Below the pieces are notes generated by a model. That model ran no database searches. It was not told the DNA's origin and saw only the letters and a program-made list of their open reading frames with translations. From an uncultured delta proteobacterium (GTDB taxonomy: Bacteria > Desulfobacterota > Binatia > UBA9968), in the NCBI GenBank assembly GCA_963816145.1, contig CAWFJP010000004.1, forward strand, positions 96,001 through 160,000: DNA of 64,000 nt. Direction: 5' to 3'. Position 1 is the stretch's first letter. Every line of letters begins with the position of its first letter. Position numbers and translations under genes: made by a program. Positions 1 to 9,766 of this stretch are shown one piece after another.

Positions 1-458
1 TCGCGCTTCAGCGGCGTCCCGACATGAAAGAGGCCGGCGATCGCTTCGCATGCCGCCTCCGTGAGGGTGAAAAAAAACTTCGGGAGACGGCGAGGTTTTG
101 GATAACCCCAATGGTTTGCAAGACGGTGCAAAAACTCATGCAATAAAAGCGGCTGATCGTCGCAGAGGTTGTAAATGCCGTGATGTTGCTCCTTCGCGAT
201 GGCGCACTGAACGCAGTGAAGAAAGTCCGCGAAGGACAGCAGATGTATACAAGCGGGCTGCGGCCAGATCGCCATCAAGCGCCAACGCATGAGTGTGCGC
301 GCTACCTCAAAGAGTTTCACGGCCAGACCGTAAATCACACCGGCGCGCAAAATGACCGGGGTCATACTCAGGCCGCCGCAGGCGTCGAGTAAATAGTTTT
401 CCGCCGCGAGCCTGGTTTGCGCATGCAAAGATTTAGGCTCGACGATGAGAACGTTCAC
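1..458 (-). pseudogene. NAD(P)-dependent epimerase/dehydratase-like ORF, N-terminally truncated and running off the window edge
   Basis: Manual translation from GTG 458 (not in the ORF track): MNVLIVEPKSLHAQTRLAAENYLLDACGGLSMTPVILRAGVIYG...GIYNLCDDQPLLLHEFLHRLANHWGYPKPRRLP. This resembles the C-terminal half of an extended SDR. An in-frame TAA lies just upstream and there is no GxxGxxG motif. Confidence 0.6.
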
Positions 459-626
459 GAGGCTTTAACTCGCTTGACAAGTTATTAATTGTACAGATAA
501 AAGTCGGGCAAACGTGATTTTTGGATTCCCTAATATTGTAGTCATTCAATGATTGGGCCTCTAAGCGAAATCTCCACGACTTCAGAGCGTAGACTAGCGC
601 TGTGTCGGACAAAGAAGGAGTCCCTC

Positions 627-1406
627 ATGAACCTTGCTGAAGAGATGCCGGTTTCGCGTGTCCGTGAGAAGGTAACGGAGGCCGAATGGGAAGCACGGGT
701 TAACCTCGCTGCCGCCTATCGCCTGGTGGCCCTGTACGGTTGGGACGATCTCGTCTTCACCCACATTTCGATGCGGGTTCCAGGTGCTAATCATCATTTC
801 CTCATCAACCCCTACGGGATGCTGTTTGAAGAGATTACAGCGTCGAGCCTGGTCAAGGTCGACATCGACGGCAACATCGTGATGGACACCCTCTACCCGA
901 TCTCTCCAGCTGGTTTCGTTATTCACAGCGCCATCCATGCAGCGCGGGAGAGTGCGAAATGCGTGCTTCATATCCACAGCGTAAACGGGATAGCGGTGTC
1001 CGCACAACGGAGCGGGGTGTTACCGATATCGCAGCAATCGGCCTACGTGCTCTCCTCGCTCGGTTACCACGATTACGAGGGGTTCGCTCTGAACGACGAA
1101 GAAAAGCCGCGACTGGTTCGTGATCTCGGGGATCGCATATTTCTGATACTTCGTAACCATGGCTTGTTGACCGTCGGCGAGACGGTTGCGGACGCGTTCG
1201 TGGCTATGTACGTGCTTGAAACGGTGTGTACGATTCAAGTGCGCGCTCAAGCTGGCGGCGGCGAACTCATAGGCATCGACCCATCGATTATCGAGGCGGC
1301 GAAGGAACAAGCGCGGAAGGCGACCACTGGTGTTAGCGCGGGCGCGCTGAGTTGGCCTGGGCTGCTTCGTAAGCTTGATCGAACTGATCCATCGTACAAG
1401 AACTAG
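627..1406 (+). CDS. class II aldolase/adducin family protein
   Basis: FTHIS, INPYG, HSAIH, HIHS and LRNHGLLT metal-binding motifs; AAGGAG RBS before ATG 627. Confidence 0.9.
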   Translation: MNLAEEMPVSRVREKVTEAEWEARVNLAAAYRLVALYGWDDLVFTHISMRVPGANHHFLINPYGMLFEEITASSLVKVDIDGNIVMDTLYPISPAGFVIHSAIHAARESAKCVLHIHSVNGIAVSAQRSGVLPISQQSAYVLSSLGYHDYEGFALNDEEKPRLVRDLGDRIFLILRNHGLLTVGETVADAFVAMYVLETVCTIQVRAQAGGGELIGIDPSIIEAAKEQARKATTGVSAGALSWPGLLRKLDRTDPSYKN

Positions 1407-1480
1407 GTTCTCCAACTGCCGCACGTACCATACGGTGGGGCGGCACCGCCAGTTCAGACAAGAGAGGCCCAACCCGCCGT

Positions 1481-2794
1481 TCAACCGGAGCGCCTAAGCT
1501 GAGCGCCAAGGGTGGGATGATGAGAATCGTTGACGACGTGAACACCGGGACCCTTCGAATCGTAGCGCATCCGAATCGGATTACAAATGAGAACTCTCAG
1601 CGTTCGCGCCCCTGACCCAGGCATTCCGCTGTGTGCCATTTTCAGGTTGTCGACGATGAGCACGTCGCCCGCTCTCCACTTAAACGAGGAGCACCGATTG
1701 CGGATGCTCGTGGCCAAACGACCAGTCGCCTCTTTACTGAAGATCTCGTCAACGCAAGCATCAAAAGGTTTGCGAAATAAGGTTCGCCATACGGTCCCTG
1801 GATCCCGAGACAACACGTCCAGTTTATCCAACACGCCGATTAGGGGAAAGCGCCAGCTCAGTCTATGCAGCAGCCATTCCTTTGACGAGTAATCCGGTAG
1901 GAATACTCTTTGTATCGTGCGGTCGAGTCCGGACTTCATCAATGCCACTGAGTAATTGAATGCCAAGGCGTGTTCTTTAGTGATCGGGTGTTCGATAACA
2001 CACGGCTTGTACATCGAGGCGTATTTCTGACCGTGCTGCGTGACGACAGGTAATCCGGAATCCAAACAAAATTGCTCCACCTGCTGAGCATTAACGCCAT
2101 ATCGCCACGCCATTTTAGCCAACGGCCACGCCGCGACCCAGTAGGCTCGTTGCTTGAGTTCTGTTTTCACGGCCTCAGGAAGGTCAGAGAAGAGCTGGGC
2201 CGTGTTTACCAGACCCGTTTCACCGCCAATCTGCGATGCTTGCTCGCAGAAGAAGGATATGTAGCTTGGTACGTCAGGCGAATAGTAGTTTTCGGAATGG
2301 AATCCACCCAAATATAGGCTCCCCCCAGTCCTGTATAGACTATTGGTGTGGAGGACGAAGCGAGTGCCTTTTACGACTTCACGACCTGGCTCCGACATTA
2401 GGCATTCGTTGATTCCTTGAAATTTAGAGATAGCAAGGGTGGCACTCTCGAAATCTTGAGGGCTCCTTAAATCAAAGCCTCGCAATAAGACGGCTCCATG
2501 AATAGCAATATCCATTACAATTTGGGATGAGTTGGACGAGAGAAACTCCTGAAGAAAACCGAGGCTACCTGAACTACCCCGGCGCTCTATGACAAGCGGT
2601 GTAGGCTCCTCGGTATCAATGAACCTCTCGTCTGGATTTAGGAGCCGAGTAGTAACGCCGCTGTAGCGATGACTCACGTCGATGCCGCCAATATGTCGTC
2701 TCATATCGGTGTTGTTATGATAGTCCACAAGGCCCTGCTGGCTCCCCTCATACTTATGACAGGGCAGCTGACGTGTTTTAAGCAGGCTTTTCAT
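1481..2794 (-). CDS. TauD/TfdA family Fe(II)/2-oxoglutarate dioxygenase (SyrP-like)
   Basis: HGAVLLRGF, FHSE (HxD/E), GGET and WRAGDVLIVDNLKMAH motifs; start uncertain. Confidence 0.8.
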   Translation of the reverse strand: MKSLLKTRQLPCHKYEGSQQGLVDYHNNTDMRRHIGGIDVSHRYSGVTTRLLNPDERFIDTEEPTPLVIERRGSSGSLGFLQEFLSSNSSQIVMDIAIHGAVLLRGFDLRSPQDFESATLAISKFQGINECLMSEPGREVVKGTRFVLHTNSLYRTGGSLYLGGFHSENYYSPDVPSYISFFCEQASQIGGETGLVNTAQLFSDLPEAVKTELKQRAYWVAAWPLAKMAWRYGVNAQQVEQFCLDSGLPVVTQHGQKYASMYKPCVIEHPITKEHALAFNYSVALMKSGLDRTIQRVFLPDYSSKEWLLHRLSWRFPLIGVLDKLDVLSRDPGTVWRTLFRKPFDACVDEIFSKEATGRLATSIRNRCSSFKWRAGDVLIVDNLKMAHSGMPGSGARTLRVLICNPIRMRYDSKGPGVHVVNDSHHPTLGAQLRRSG

Positions 2795-3182
2795 TAGTCA
2801 CTCCGGCGCCAAAATTTGCAGTAACGCGGAATTTAGTCGATTGACCAAAGCCATGTCAATATTTCTCGTAGTTCGAACGACGCACAGAAATCTTTAGGTA
2901 CGCTGTTCTCTGGGGGACTATACCAAAGTCTAGTAGAACAGCGCTGCCGAGTCTTTGTAGCTTTAGTTGTGAGGGGAAAGACGCAGCGGGTGCTGGCAGT
3001 GCTTGATGACAAGCTGCCGATGCGCAAATCGTTGCGCCGGTGGCGCACCGCCAGAGGCTCACGCACAGAGGACTATCGGCGCGGCCAGCCGAGCCTCAAA
3101 ATCAAAGTTTGCAGCTCTGCGAGACCGCGGTTGGACAGATCTCGAGCGCGCGATAGTCCACGCCGCAGGTCACTAAAAATTT

Positions 3183-3947
3183 TCAGCGAGTGTGGAGCCG
3201 GATGTGTTTGCGCCTGTGTGGCTTCTCGCCAATTTCGTGACGCGAACGGTCGTCGGCTTGCGCCAGGCGCTGCGCGATGATGCGGTAAACTTCCGGCGAA
3301 AAGCCGAAGCCATAATGGGCGCTGCGGACCTCGACATGTTCAACGTTTAGCGTTTGGTGGTCGATGCAAGCTTGCCAGGCGACGAGGGCGTCGATGCGTG
3401 AATAGATCGCCACCACCGGCGTTTCCAGCGGTGCCGCTTGATTGCGGAAATTGACTTCGGCTGCGATGGCTTCGATATCCATGCCGCGCTTGCGGTAGAT
3501 TTCCGATAGAGCGGTGTACTTGGGCCCGCCGATTACAGGAGTGCCGAGGGTAATCACGCGGCGAATGAGATCCGGACGCTCGCGCGCCAATTCGCGCGCC
3601 AGGTAGCCGCCAAAGCTCCATCCGATCAGTGTAACTTTTTGATTGCTGCGTTTGGCAAAGGATGCCAACCGTTTCAACGCGCGCGGCAGCAGTTCGGATA
3701 CGTCGCCTTTATTGCGTCCGAGGCCCCAACCCCGAGCGCGATAGCCGATCAGCCGAAGGTAGGCTTTTAGAAGTGTCGTCGAACCGTCGCCACTGCTGTG
3801 CGGCGGAAGAATAAGCACCGGCTCACGCTTGCCGCGCGGTTGGGCAAAAAGCGACGGAAAGTGTAATAGTAAGCGTGGCAGTTCGATCAGACAAAGTACT
3901 TCACGTACAAGACCTGAAAAAGCCGGCGGCTGAAGAGTTTCAATCAT
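3183..3947 (-). CDS. alpha/beta hydrolase (esterase/lipase-like)
   Basis: GWSFG nucleophile elbow, ITLGTP, YSxxD and C-terminal His. Confidence 0.85.
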   Translation of the reverse strand: MIETLQPPAFSGLVREVLCLIELPRLLLHFPSLFAQPRGKREPVLILPPHSSGDGSTTLLKAYLRLIGYRARGWGLGRNKGDVSELLPRALKRLASFAKRSNQKVTLIGWSFGGYLARELARERPDLIRRVITLGTPVIGGPKYTALSEIYRKRGMDIEAIAAEVNFRNQAAPLETPVVAIYSRIDALVAWQACIDHQTLNVEHVEVRSAHYGFGFSPEVYRIIAQRLAQADDRSRHEIGEKPHRRKHIRLHTR

Positions 3948-4373
3948 ACCTGCGAGTAACTCGTCGACAGAGAACTGACCTTTAGCAAAATTAACTCGAC
4001 ACAGTGTAGCCTTATGCCGGTTGGATGTGAAGCGACAACGGATCGACGCAGTTTAGGCGCCAAACCCGGCTTTCCAATGATTGCTAAGCCGTGCGCCAAC
4101 GGCGGGTGCGCAAAATGAAAAAAATTCTACCTGGGTACGAATTGAATAGATGCTGTGGTTTGTCGAATTGCGGTTGTTGAGCTCCGGTTGCGGTTCTGCG
4201 TAGGAGAGCACCATCGTCACAAAATCTTGCTCTTTCTTGTCACACCCTTCTCATGATCTGCTGGCAAATCTGACCGGTGCGACATTGGCGCTGGGCCGTT
4301 CAAAAACGTCGAACAGTAACACGGACATTTCGAAATGAAATGAGTCAAATGAGCGGAGTTGAAAACTCTTAAG

Positions 4374-5042
4374 CTATGCCTTGGTTTTTCCTGGAAATGA
4401 ACAAAGGTCTTCGATCGTGCATTCCGGGCATTTCGGTTTTTTGGCGAAGCAGACGCGGCGGCCATGGTACTGCATCAGGTGGCAAAAGCGCACCCGCTGT
4501 TTTTCCGGGACAATGGCCATCAAGTCGGCTTCGATCTTGTCCGGATCGTTTTTGGTCGTGAAGCCCAAGCGCTGCGACAAGCGCATGACATGGGTGTCGA
4601 CGCCGATGGTGTCCCGGCTGAAACCGTTGCCGAGGACGATGTTGGCGGTCTTGCGGCCGACGCCGGGCAGGCTGACGAGGTCTTCTAAGTTGTCGGGAAC
4701 CTTGCCGCCGAAGCGTTCGACCAATTGGCTGCAACAGTTGTGAATCGATTTGGCCTTGTTGCGGTAGAAATTAATCTTGCCAATCTGTTTTTCCAACTTG
4801 GCTAGCGGGAGCTTGGCGTAGTCGGCGGCAGTGCGGTTCGCTCGGAAGAGTTCCGGTGTGACTTGATTGACCAGATCGTCGCGCGCTTGGGCGGCGAGGA
4901 TCAGGGCGATCAGCAATTCCATAGGGTTGGCGAAGTCGAGGTCGAGTTTGGCGTCGGGATGGGCTTTCTCTAGCCGAGGCAGGATTTTATTGACGCTATC
5001 TGTAGGGTTGAATTTTACGGTTTTTGGCTTTTTGGCGGTCAT
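4374..5042 (-). CDS. nth: endonuclease III
   Basis: HhH motif LPGVGRKTAN, VDTH and C-terminal C-x6-C-x2-C-x5-C FeS motif; ATG 5042 preferred. Confidence 0.93.
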   Translation of the reverse strand: MTAKKPKTVKFNPTDSVNKILPRLEKAHPDAKLDLDFANPMELLIALILAAQARDDLVNQVTPELFRANRTAADYAKLPLAKLEKQIGKINFYRNKAKSIHNCCSQLVERFGGKVPDNLEDLVSLPGVGRKTANIVLGNGFSRDTIGVDTHVMRLSQRLGFTTKNDPDKIEADLMAIVPEKQRVRFCHLMQYHGRRVCFAKKPKCPECTIEDLCSFPGKTKA

Positions 5043-5101
5043 TTTGGTTTCAGTGGAAAATATGGTACCAAAAAGTGACTCATAAAGGGAGGAATTTCTT
5101 G

Positions 5102-5428
5102 ATGGAAGCCAGTGCATTGACGACCGCCAAACAAAACATTCGCCAGCTGAAAAAACAAAAAGCCGAACTCGCCGCGGCCACGCCCGATCGTAAGAAAACG
5201 CGCCGGTTACAACGGAAGATCCGGCTGCTCAAGCGCACGACCCGCATCCTCGCTACGGAGAAGAAGGCAGTAGCCGCAAAGGCCGCCGCGGAAGCCGCTG
5301 CCAAAGAGACCGCGGAAAAAGCCGCCGCAGCCAAAGCTGCCGCTGATGCTAAAGCCGCTGAGGCCAAAGCTGCGGCCGACGCCGCCAAGGCGGCCGATGC
5401 CGCTGAAGCGACCGAAGCAAGCGCCTAG
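5102..5428 (+). CDS. small protein with a basic N-terminus and an Ala/Lys/Glu-rich low-complexity tail
   Basis: GGGAGG RBS before ATG 5102; KKTRRLQRKIRLLKR followed by AAKAAAE-type repeats. Confidence 0.7.
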   Translation: MEASALTTAKQNIRQLKKQKAELAAATPDRKKTRRLQRKIRLLKRTTRILATEKKAVAAKAAAEAAAKETAEKAAAAKAAADAKAAEAKAAADAAKAADAAEATEASA

Positions 5429-5439
5429 TGCGTTAAGCC

Positions 5440-6495
5440 ATGAATACGCCGCCTCCTCTGCGCGGCCGCGGTTCGGCGACCAATCCGAAAAACCGTTTCG
5501 AGTCGATCGAACGGCTGCCTGAGCCGCCAGAGGATAGCGACGAAGTTCCTGCTCCTCACACTCAGTTCTACCCCGATCATTCGAAATCGCTGATCGTCTT
5601 CAACGACAGCCCCGATGTCGGCTTCGATGCCAGCATTAATCCCTATCGTGGCTGCGAGCATGGCTGTGTTTATTGCTACGCCCGTCCGACGCATGAGTAT
5701 CTAGGGTTTTCCGCGGGGTTAGACTTTGAGACCAAGATCATGGTCAAAGAGGATGCACCGGAACTATTGCGCCAAGAATTGGCGCGCCCTAACTGGAAGC
5801 CGCAGTTGGTCGCGCTGAGCGGTAATACCGACTGTTACCAGCCCATCGAGAAACAAAAGCAGCTGAGCCGGCGCTGCTTGGAGGTGTTGCTCGATTTCCG
5901 CAATCCGGTGGTTATCGTCACCAAAAATCATTTGGTCACCCGTGATATCGATGTTCTTGCTCAACTGGCTAGGTTCGACTGTATCGGCGTGACGATTTCT
6001 CTGTCGACGTTGGATGCCAAGTTGGCGGCGTCGATGGAGCCGCGCGCGTCGCGGCCGGCACGCCGTTTGGAGGCGATTCGAAAACTAGCCGCGGCAGGCG
6101 TGCCGGTTGGCTATCTGCAAGCGCCGATGATTCCCGGACTGACCGATGCCGAAGCCCCGGCGATTGCCCTCGCGGCGTCCCGGGCCGGCGCGACATTCTC
6201 TGGTTATGTCGCGTTACGGTTGCCGTTCGCCGTAAAAGAACTATTCGAGCAATGGCTGGCGCAACACTACCCTGACAAGAAGGACAAGATTCTTCACCGT
6301 CTGCGAGAGATCCGCGGCGGCAAACTCAACGATCCCAACTTCCAATCGCGCATGCGTGGCGAAGGCAAATTCGCCGAGCAAATGGCGGGGCTGTTTCAAT
6401 TGGCGCGCAAGAAGTCGGGTATTACAGATCGCTGGCCCAAGCTGACGACCGAACATTTTCGCCGGCCGGAAAGGGATCAGTTGAGTTTGTTTTGA
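5440..6495 (+). CDS. PA0069/Rv2578c-family radical SAM protein (spore photoproduct lyase-like)
   Basis: NPYRGCEHGCVYCYAR (CxxxCxxC), TDCYQP and C-terminal QLSLF clamp-binding-like motif. Confidence 0.9.
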   Translation: MNTPPPLRGRGSATNPKNRFESIERLPEPPEDSDEVPAPHTQFYPDHSKSLIVFNDSPDVGFDASINPYRGCEHGCVYCYARPTHEYLGFSAGLDFETKIMVKEDAPELLRQELARPNWKPQLVALSGNTDCYQPIEKQKQLSRRCLEVLLDFRNPVVIVTKNHLVTRDIDVLAQLARFDCIGVTISLSTLDAKLAASMEPRASRPARRLEAIRKLAAAGVPVGYLQAPMIPGLTDAEAPAIALAASRAGATFSGYVALRLPFAVKELFEQWLAQHYPDKKDKILHRLREIRGGKLNDPNFQSRMRGEGKFAEQMAGLFQLARKKSGITDRWPKLTTEHFRRPERDQLSLF

Positions 6496-6524
6496 GCGGT
6501 ATGATGCAATTCGGAATCGGATGT

Positions 6525-6650
6525 TTAACCGCAAAGAACGCAGAGGGCGCAAAGTTTGGAAGGGGAATGTTCACCACGAAGGCACGAAGAGCGCGAAGTT
6601 CGGAATCAGTGTCATTCGAAACCTTCGTGTCCTTCGTGTCTTCGTGGTGA
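6525..6650. repeat. short-period palindromic intergenic repeat (CACGAAG/CGCAAAG type), probable bidirectional terminator
   Basis: TCACCACGAAGGCACGAAGAGCGCGAAG (6571-6598) pairs with CTTCGTGTCCTTCGTGTCTTCGTGGTGA (6623-6650); lies between convergent genes. Confidence 0.8.
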
Positions 6651-6670
6651 GATCCTAATCCCCGGCTGCC

Positions 6671-7627
6671 TCAGCTCCAGAAGCCGTGCTGCTTACTTAC
6701 TTCCAGATAATCCTTGAATCCCTGGATCAATTTGTATTTTGGCGTGTAGCCCAAGACGCGTTTGGCTTGCGCCAGTGAGATGTTGATCCGCTCGTTGCCG
6801 GCGCGGCCGTCGTCGGCGCCTTTGATCAATTTGATCTCGCGCTTGGGACAGAGCTGGGCGATCGCTTTGCGAAAATCTTGCGGCGTGTAGGTCTCGCCGG
6901 TGCCGATGTTGAAAGTCTTGCCCGCCGCGTCTTTGGCCACGCACGCAAGCGCAATGCCGCGGCCGACGTCTTTGGCGTAGACGAAATCGTTGCTGCCGAT
7001 GCGCTTCTCGTGCAGTTCGATGGCACCGTTGCCCAGACAGCTGCGCGCCAGCTCAGCCATGTTCTTGCCGCCGCCGGAGCCGCCGCGGTAGTGGCCGGGA
7101 CCGTAGACGCTGGCAGGGCGGATCACGACGGTTTCCAATTCATAGTAATTTTTATAAGCACCGAGCAACAGTTCGTTGGCGACTTTGGTCGCCTGATAAA
7201 ACTGCGTCGCCCAGCGCGGGAAGTCTTCGGTTACCGGCCCTTTCTTGATGTTGTCCCAGTCGTAGACGCCGAAGGTGCTGACATGAACGATGCGCTTGAC
7301 GCCGGTGAGTTGGGCGGCTTCGAAAGTGTTCACCGAGCCGAGAATGTTGGTGCGGATGCCACGGTAGGGCGGGTTGGCGACCTGGCTGCCGATGAAGCCG
7401 GCGCTGTGGACGACCGCGGCGGGTTTCACGGTTTTCATGGCGCGCAGCAGCGCAGGCAAGTCGAGCAGGTCGCCGCGCAGGACGCTGACGCGCTTCTTGC
7501 CGGCGATGGCGTCGATATAGGTTTGGTTGGGATTGATGTCGAAGAGTGTGACGTTGTGGCCGCGCTGGGCCAATTCATTGGCGCTATGGCAGCCGATCAG
7601 GCCGGCGCCGGTGATGAGGATTTTCAT
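6671..7627 (-). CDS. NAD-dependent epimerase/dehydratase
   Basis: ITGAGLIG Rossmann motif and YQATK (YxxxK). Confidence 0.9.
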   Translation of the reverse strand: MKILITGAGLIGCHSANELAQRGHNVTLFDINPNQTYIDAIAGKKRVSVLRGDLLDLPALLRAMKTVKPAAVVHSAGFIGSQVANPPYRGIRTNILGSVNTFEAAQLTGVKRIVHVSTFGVYDWDNIKKGPVTEDFPRWATQFYQATKVANELLLGAYKNYYELETVVIRPASVYGPGHYRGGSGGGKNMAELARSCLGNGAIELHEKRIGSNDFVYAKDVGRGIALACVAKDAAGKTFNIGTGETYTPQDFRKAIAQLCPKREIKLIKGADDGRAGNERINISLAQAKRVLGYTPKYKLIQGFKDYLEVSKQHGFWS

Positions 7628-7712
7628 TTTGTCGGGATTCCTTCCGCAGTGAGTTCAGTTGAATATTCAGCCATATACAAGCTTTTCACTCTCACCCTTC
7701 GCTCTCCAGTCG

Positions 7713-7845
7713 GAGGCTGTGTCGTAATGCGCAAATGCCCCACATCTGTCATCCCGAGCGCAGCGAGGGATCTCGTGTTTTCAGCTACATTAGGATGACA
7801 AGATTTCTCGGCTTCACCTCGAAATGACAGTTGCGACACAGCCTC
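7713..7845. mobile_element. MITE with 15-bp terminal inverted repeats and a 7-bp direct repeat, inserted in a REP-like hairpin
   Basis: GAGGCTGTGTCGTAA (7713-7727) / TTGCGACACAGCCTC (7831-7845), flanked by CCAGTCG at 7706-7712 and 7846-7852. Confidence 0.8.
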
Positions 7846-7913
7846 CCAGTCGAGGGAGAGGGTAAAATTTGGGGAGGGGAAAAGAATGCAAACTCATTGA
7901 ATTGCTGATTCGA

Positions 7914-8264
7914 TTAGTCGCAGTAGTATTCCAGTTTATAACCGTTGGGGTCGGTGATGTAGAAAGCGGTCTTGCCGCGGCGGCCGTCGATCTGGATGGC
8001 TAACTTTTTGAATTTTGCTTCGAGCTTTTTCAGTTCCGCTTGGGTGACTTTAAAGCCGACATGTTCGAGGCCTTGGTTGGCGCGAGGGCGTTGGGCGGTT
8101 TTGACGAAGTTCAGAAGGTCGCTGCTGCCGGGCGTGGTGAGAAAAATCATGCTGGGCGGATGACGAAACGCTACCTTAAGCCCCAGCACATCGACGTAGA
8201 AGTCCTCGGTCTTTTTCAAGTCGCGCACTTTGAGAGCGATGTGGCTAAGCCCTTTTTTTGCCAT
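7914..8264 (-). CDS. VOC/glyoxalase family protein
   Basis: SHIALKV, FYVDVLG, HVGF and DPNGYKLE motifs. Confidence 0.88.
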   Translation of the reverse strand: MAKKGLSHIALKVRDLKKTEDFYVDVLGLKVAFRHPPSMIFLTTPGSSDLLNFVKTAQRPRANQGLEHVGFKVTQAELKKLEAKFKKLAIQIDGRRGKTAFYITDPNGYKLEYYCD

Positions 8265-8410
8265 GGCGTCGGTCCTCCGTGATCGGGTTCGTGATCGTGC
8301 TCGTCACATAACTGCTATATCCCATCGGTTCTAGCCCATTCAACTCCGAGCTTTTACAAGCGCGGCGATCCTTGATAGTTTGCAAACTCTCGCTTCGTGG
8401 TGGCTTTGCA

Positions 8411-9715
8411 TTGAATTCTCCCACAACATTTTCAACCTCCCGTTCCGACCGTAAATTTTTCTACGGCTGGTACATCGTCGGTGTCGGCTTTCTTGCCCAT
8501 GTCGCGTGCGCGTTTCACATGTCGAGCACCCTCAGCGTGTTCTTGAAGCCGTTGACCGAGGATCTGGGCGTCTCGCGCGGTTTGTTTTCGCTCTTGCGCT
8601 CTGGGGAAATTCTCATCGGCGCGGCGATGGCGCCGCTGGTGGGGCCGCTGGTCGATCGTTTCGGCGGCCGTTGGCTGATGGTCGGCGGGGCGTTATCCGC
8701 GGGTTTGGGATTTCTCCTGATGAGCCGGGTCGGCGCGTTCTGGCAGTTTCTCATGCTGCGCTGGATCTTCGTCGCCATCGGCGGCGTCTTCATGTGCCAG
8801 ATGATCGTCAGCGTGACGGTGTCGCGCTGGTTCGTGCGCAAACGCGGGCGGGCGATCGCGATCGCCAGCCTGGGGCAGGGATTTGCCAAGGTCTGTATCC
8901 CGGTCGTGACCGCGACTCTGTTCGCCTGGGTTGGCTGGCGGCTGACCTGGTCGATCTTCGGCTTGATCACATTGGTGCTGGTCGTGGTTCCCGCGCTGAT
9001 TTTCATGCGGCGCAGCCCGGAGGAGATGGGCTTGCAGCCGGACGGCATGGACGCACAGCCGGCGTTGGTTGGCAGTAAATCGAATGACGCTACCAAGGCA
9101 CGACTGGCGGCGGAAGAAGTAGTTTGGACTTGGCGCGAAGTGATCCGCACCAAAGCGTTTTGGATTATTTGTTTCATTTACGGTATAGCCAACGTCGGTA
9201 TCGCCGGCTTGAATCTGCATGTGTTCGCTTACGTCACCGATATCGGCTACTCGCCGCTGGTGGCGGCGACGGTGCTCAGCATCATCGCGTCGACGCAGCT
9301 TGGCTCGACCATGGTCTGGGGCGTGATTAGCGAGCGCATGGACATCCGCCACTCCAGTTTGGTCATGTTTTTGGTGCAGTCGACAGGATTGGCGCTGGTT
9401 CTTGTCACTAGTCAGGTGGTGCCGGTTTACCTCGGTTTTTTGCTTTACGGTGTCGGTTTGGGCGGTGGTTGGGTGCTGCAAGAACTCATCTGGGCCAGCA
9501 ATTTCGGCCGGGTCTCGCTCGGCATGGTGCGGGGCCTTGGCATTCTGGTTACCCATGCGTTCGGTGCCGCGGGGGCGCCGTTCTTCGGATTTGTCCACGA
9601 TCTCACAGGCAGTTACCGATCATCGTTTTTGGCTTTCGTCGTCGCCTTGATCGTCTCGGCGTTGTTGAGCCTGGCGGTGCGGGCGCCGCGCAAGAACTCT
9701 CTGGTCGTGAGTTGA
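8411..9715 (+). CDS. MFS transporter
   Basis: About 12 hydrophobic segments, GPLVDRFGGR motif A and an FFYGWYIV N-terminus; start uncertain (8372 or 8411). Confidence 0.88.
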   Translation: MNSPTTFSTSRSDRKFFYGWYIVGVGFLAHVACAFHMSSTLSVFLKPLTEDLGVSRGLFSLLRSGEILIGAAMAPLVGPLVDRFGGRWLMVGGALSAGLGFLLMSRVGAFWQFLMLRWIFVAIGGVFMCQMIVSVTVSRWFVRKRGRAIAIASLGQGFAKVCIPVVTATLFAWVGWRLTWSIFGLITLVLVVVPALIFMRRSPEEMGLQPDGMDAQPALVGSKSNDATKARLAAEEVVWTWREVIRTKAFWIICFIYGIANVGIAGLNLHVFAYVTDIGYSPLVAATVLSIIASTQLGSTMVWGVISERMDIRHSSLVMFLVQSTGLALVLVTSQVVPVYLGFLLYGVGLGGGWVLQELIWASNFGRVSLGMVRGLGILVTHAFGAAGAPFFGFVHDLTGSYRSSFLAFVVALIVSALLSLAVRAPRKNSLVVS

Positions 9716-9766
9716 CCCGCGATATGCACTGCGCATAATAAGATCACCAGCCGCAAAACGTCTCGC

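Noticed and set aside
98-392. Short plus-strand ORFs
   Set aside because: Better explained as shadows of the minus-strand SDR-like frame at 1..458.
6525-6650. CRISPR array
   Set aside because: Units are 7-9 bp and inverted, with no unique spacers and no cas genes; no array was seen anywhere in the window.
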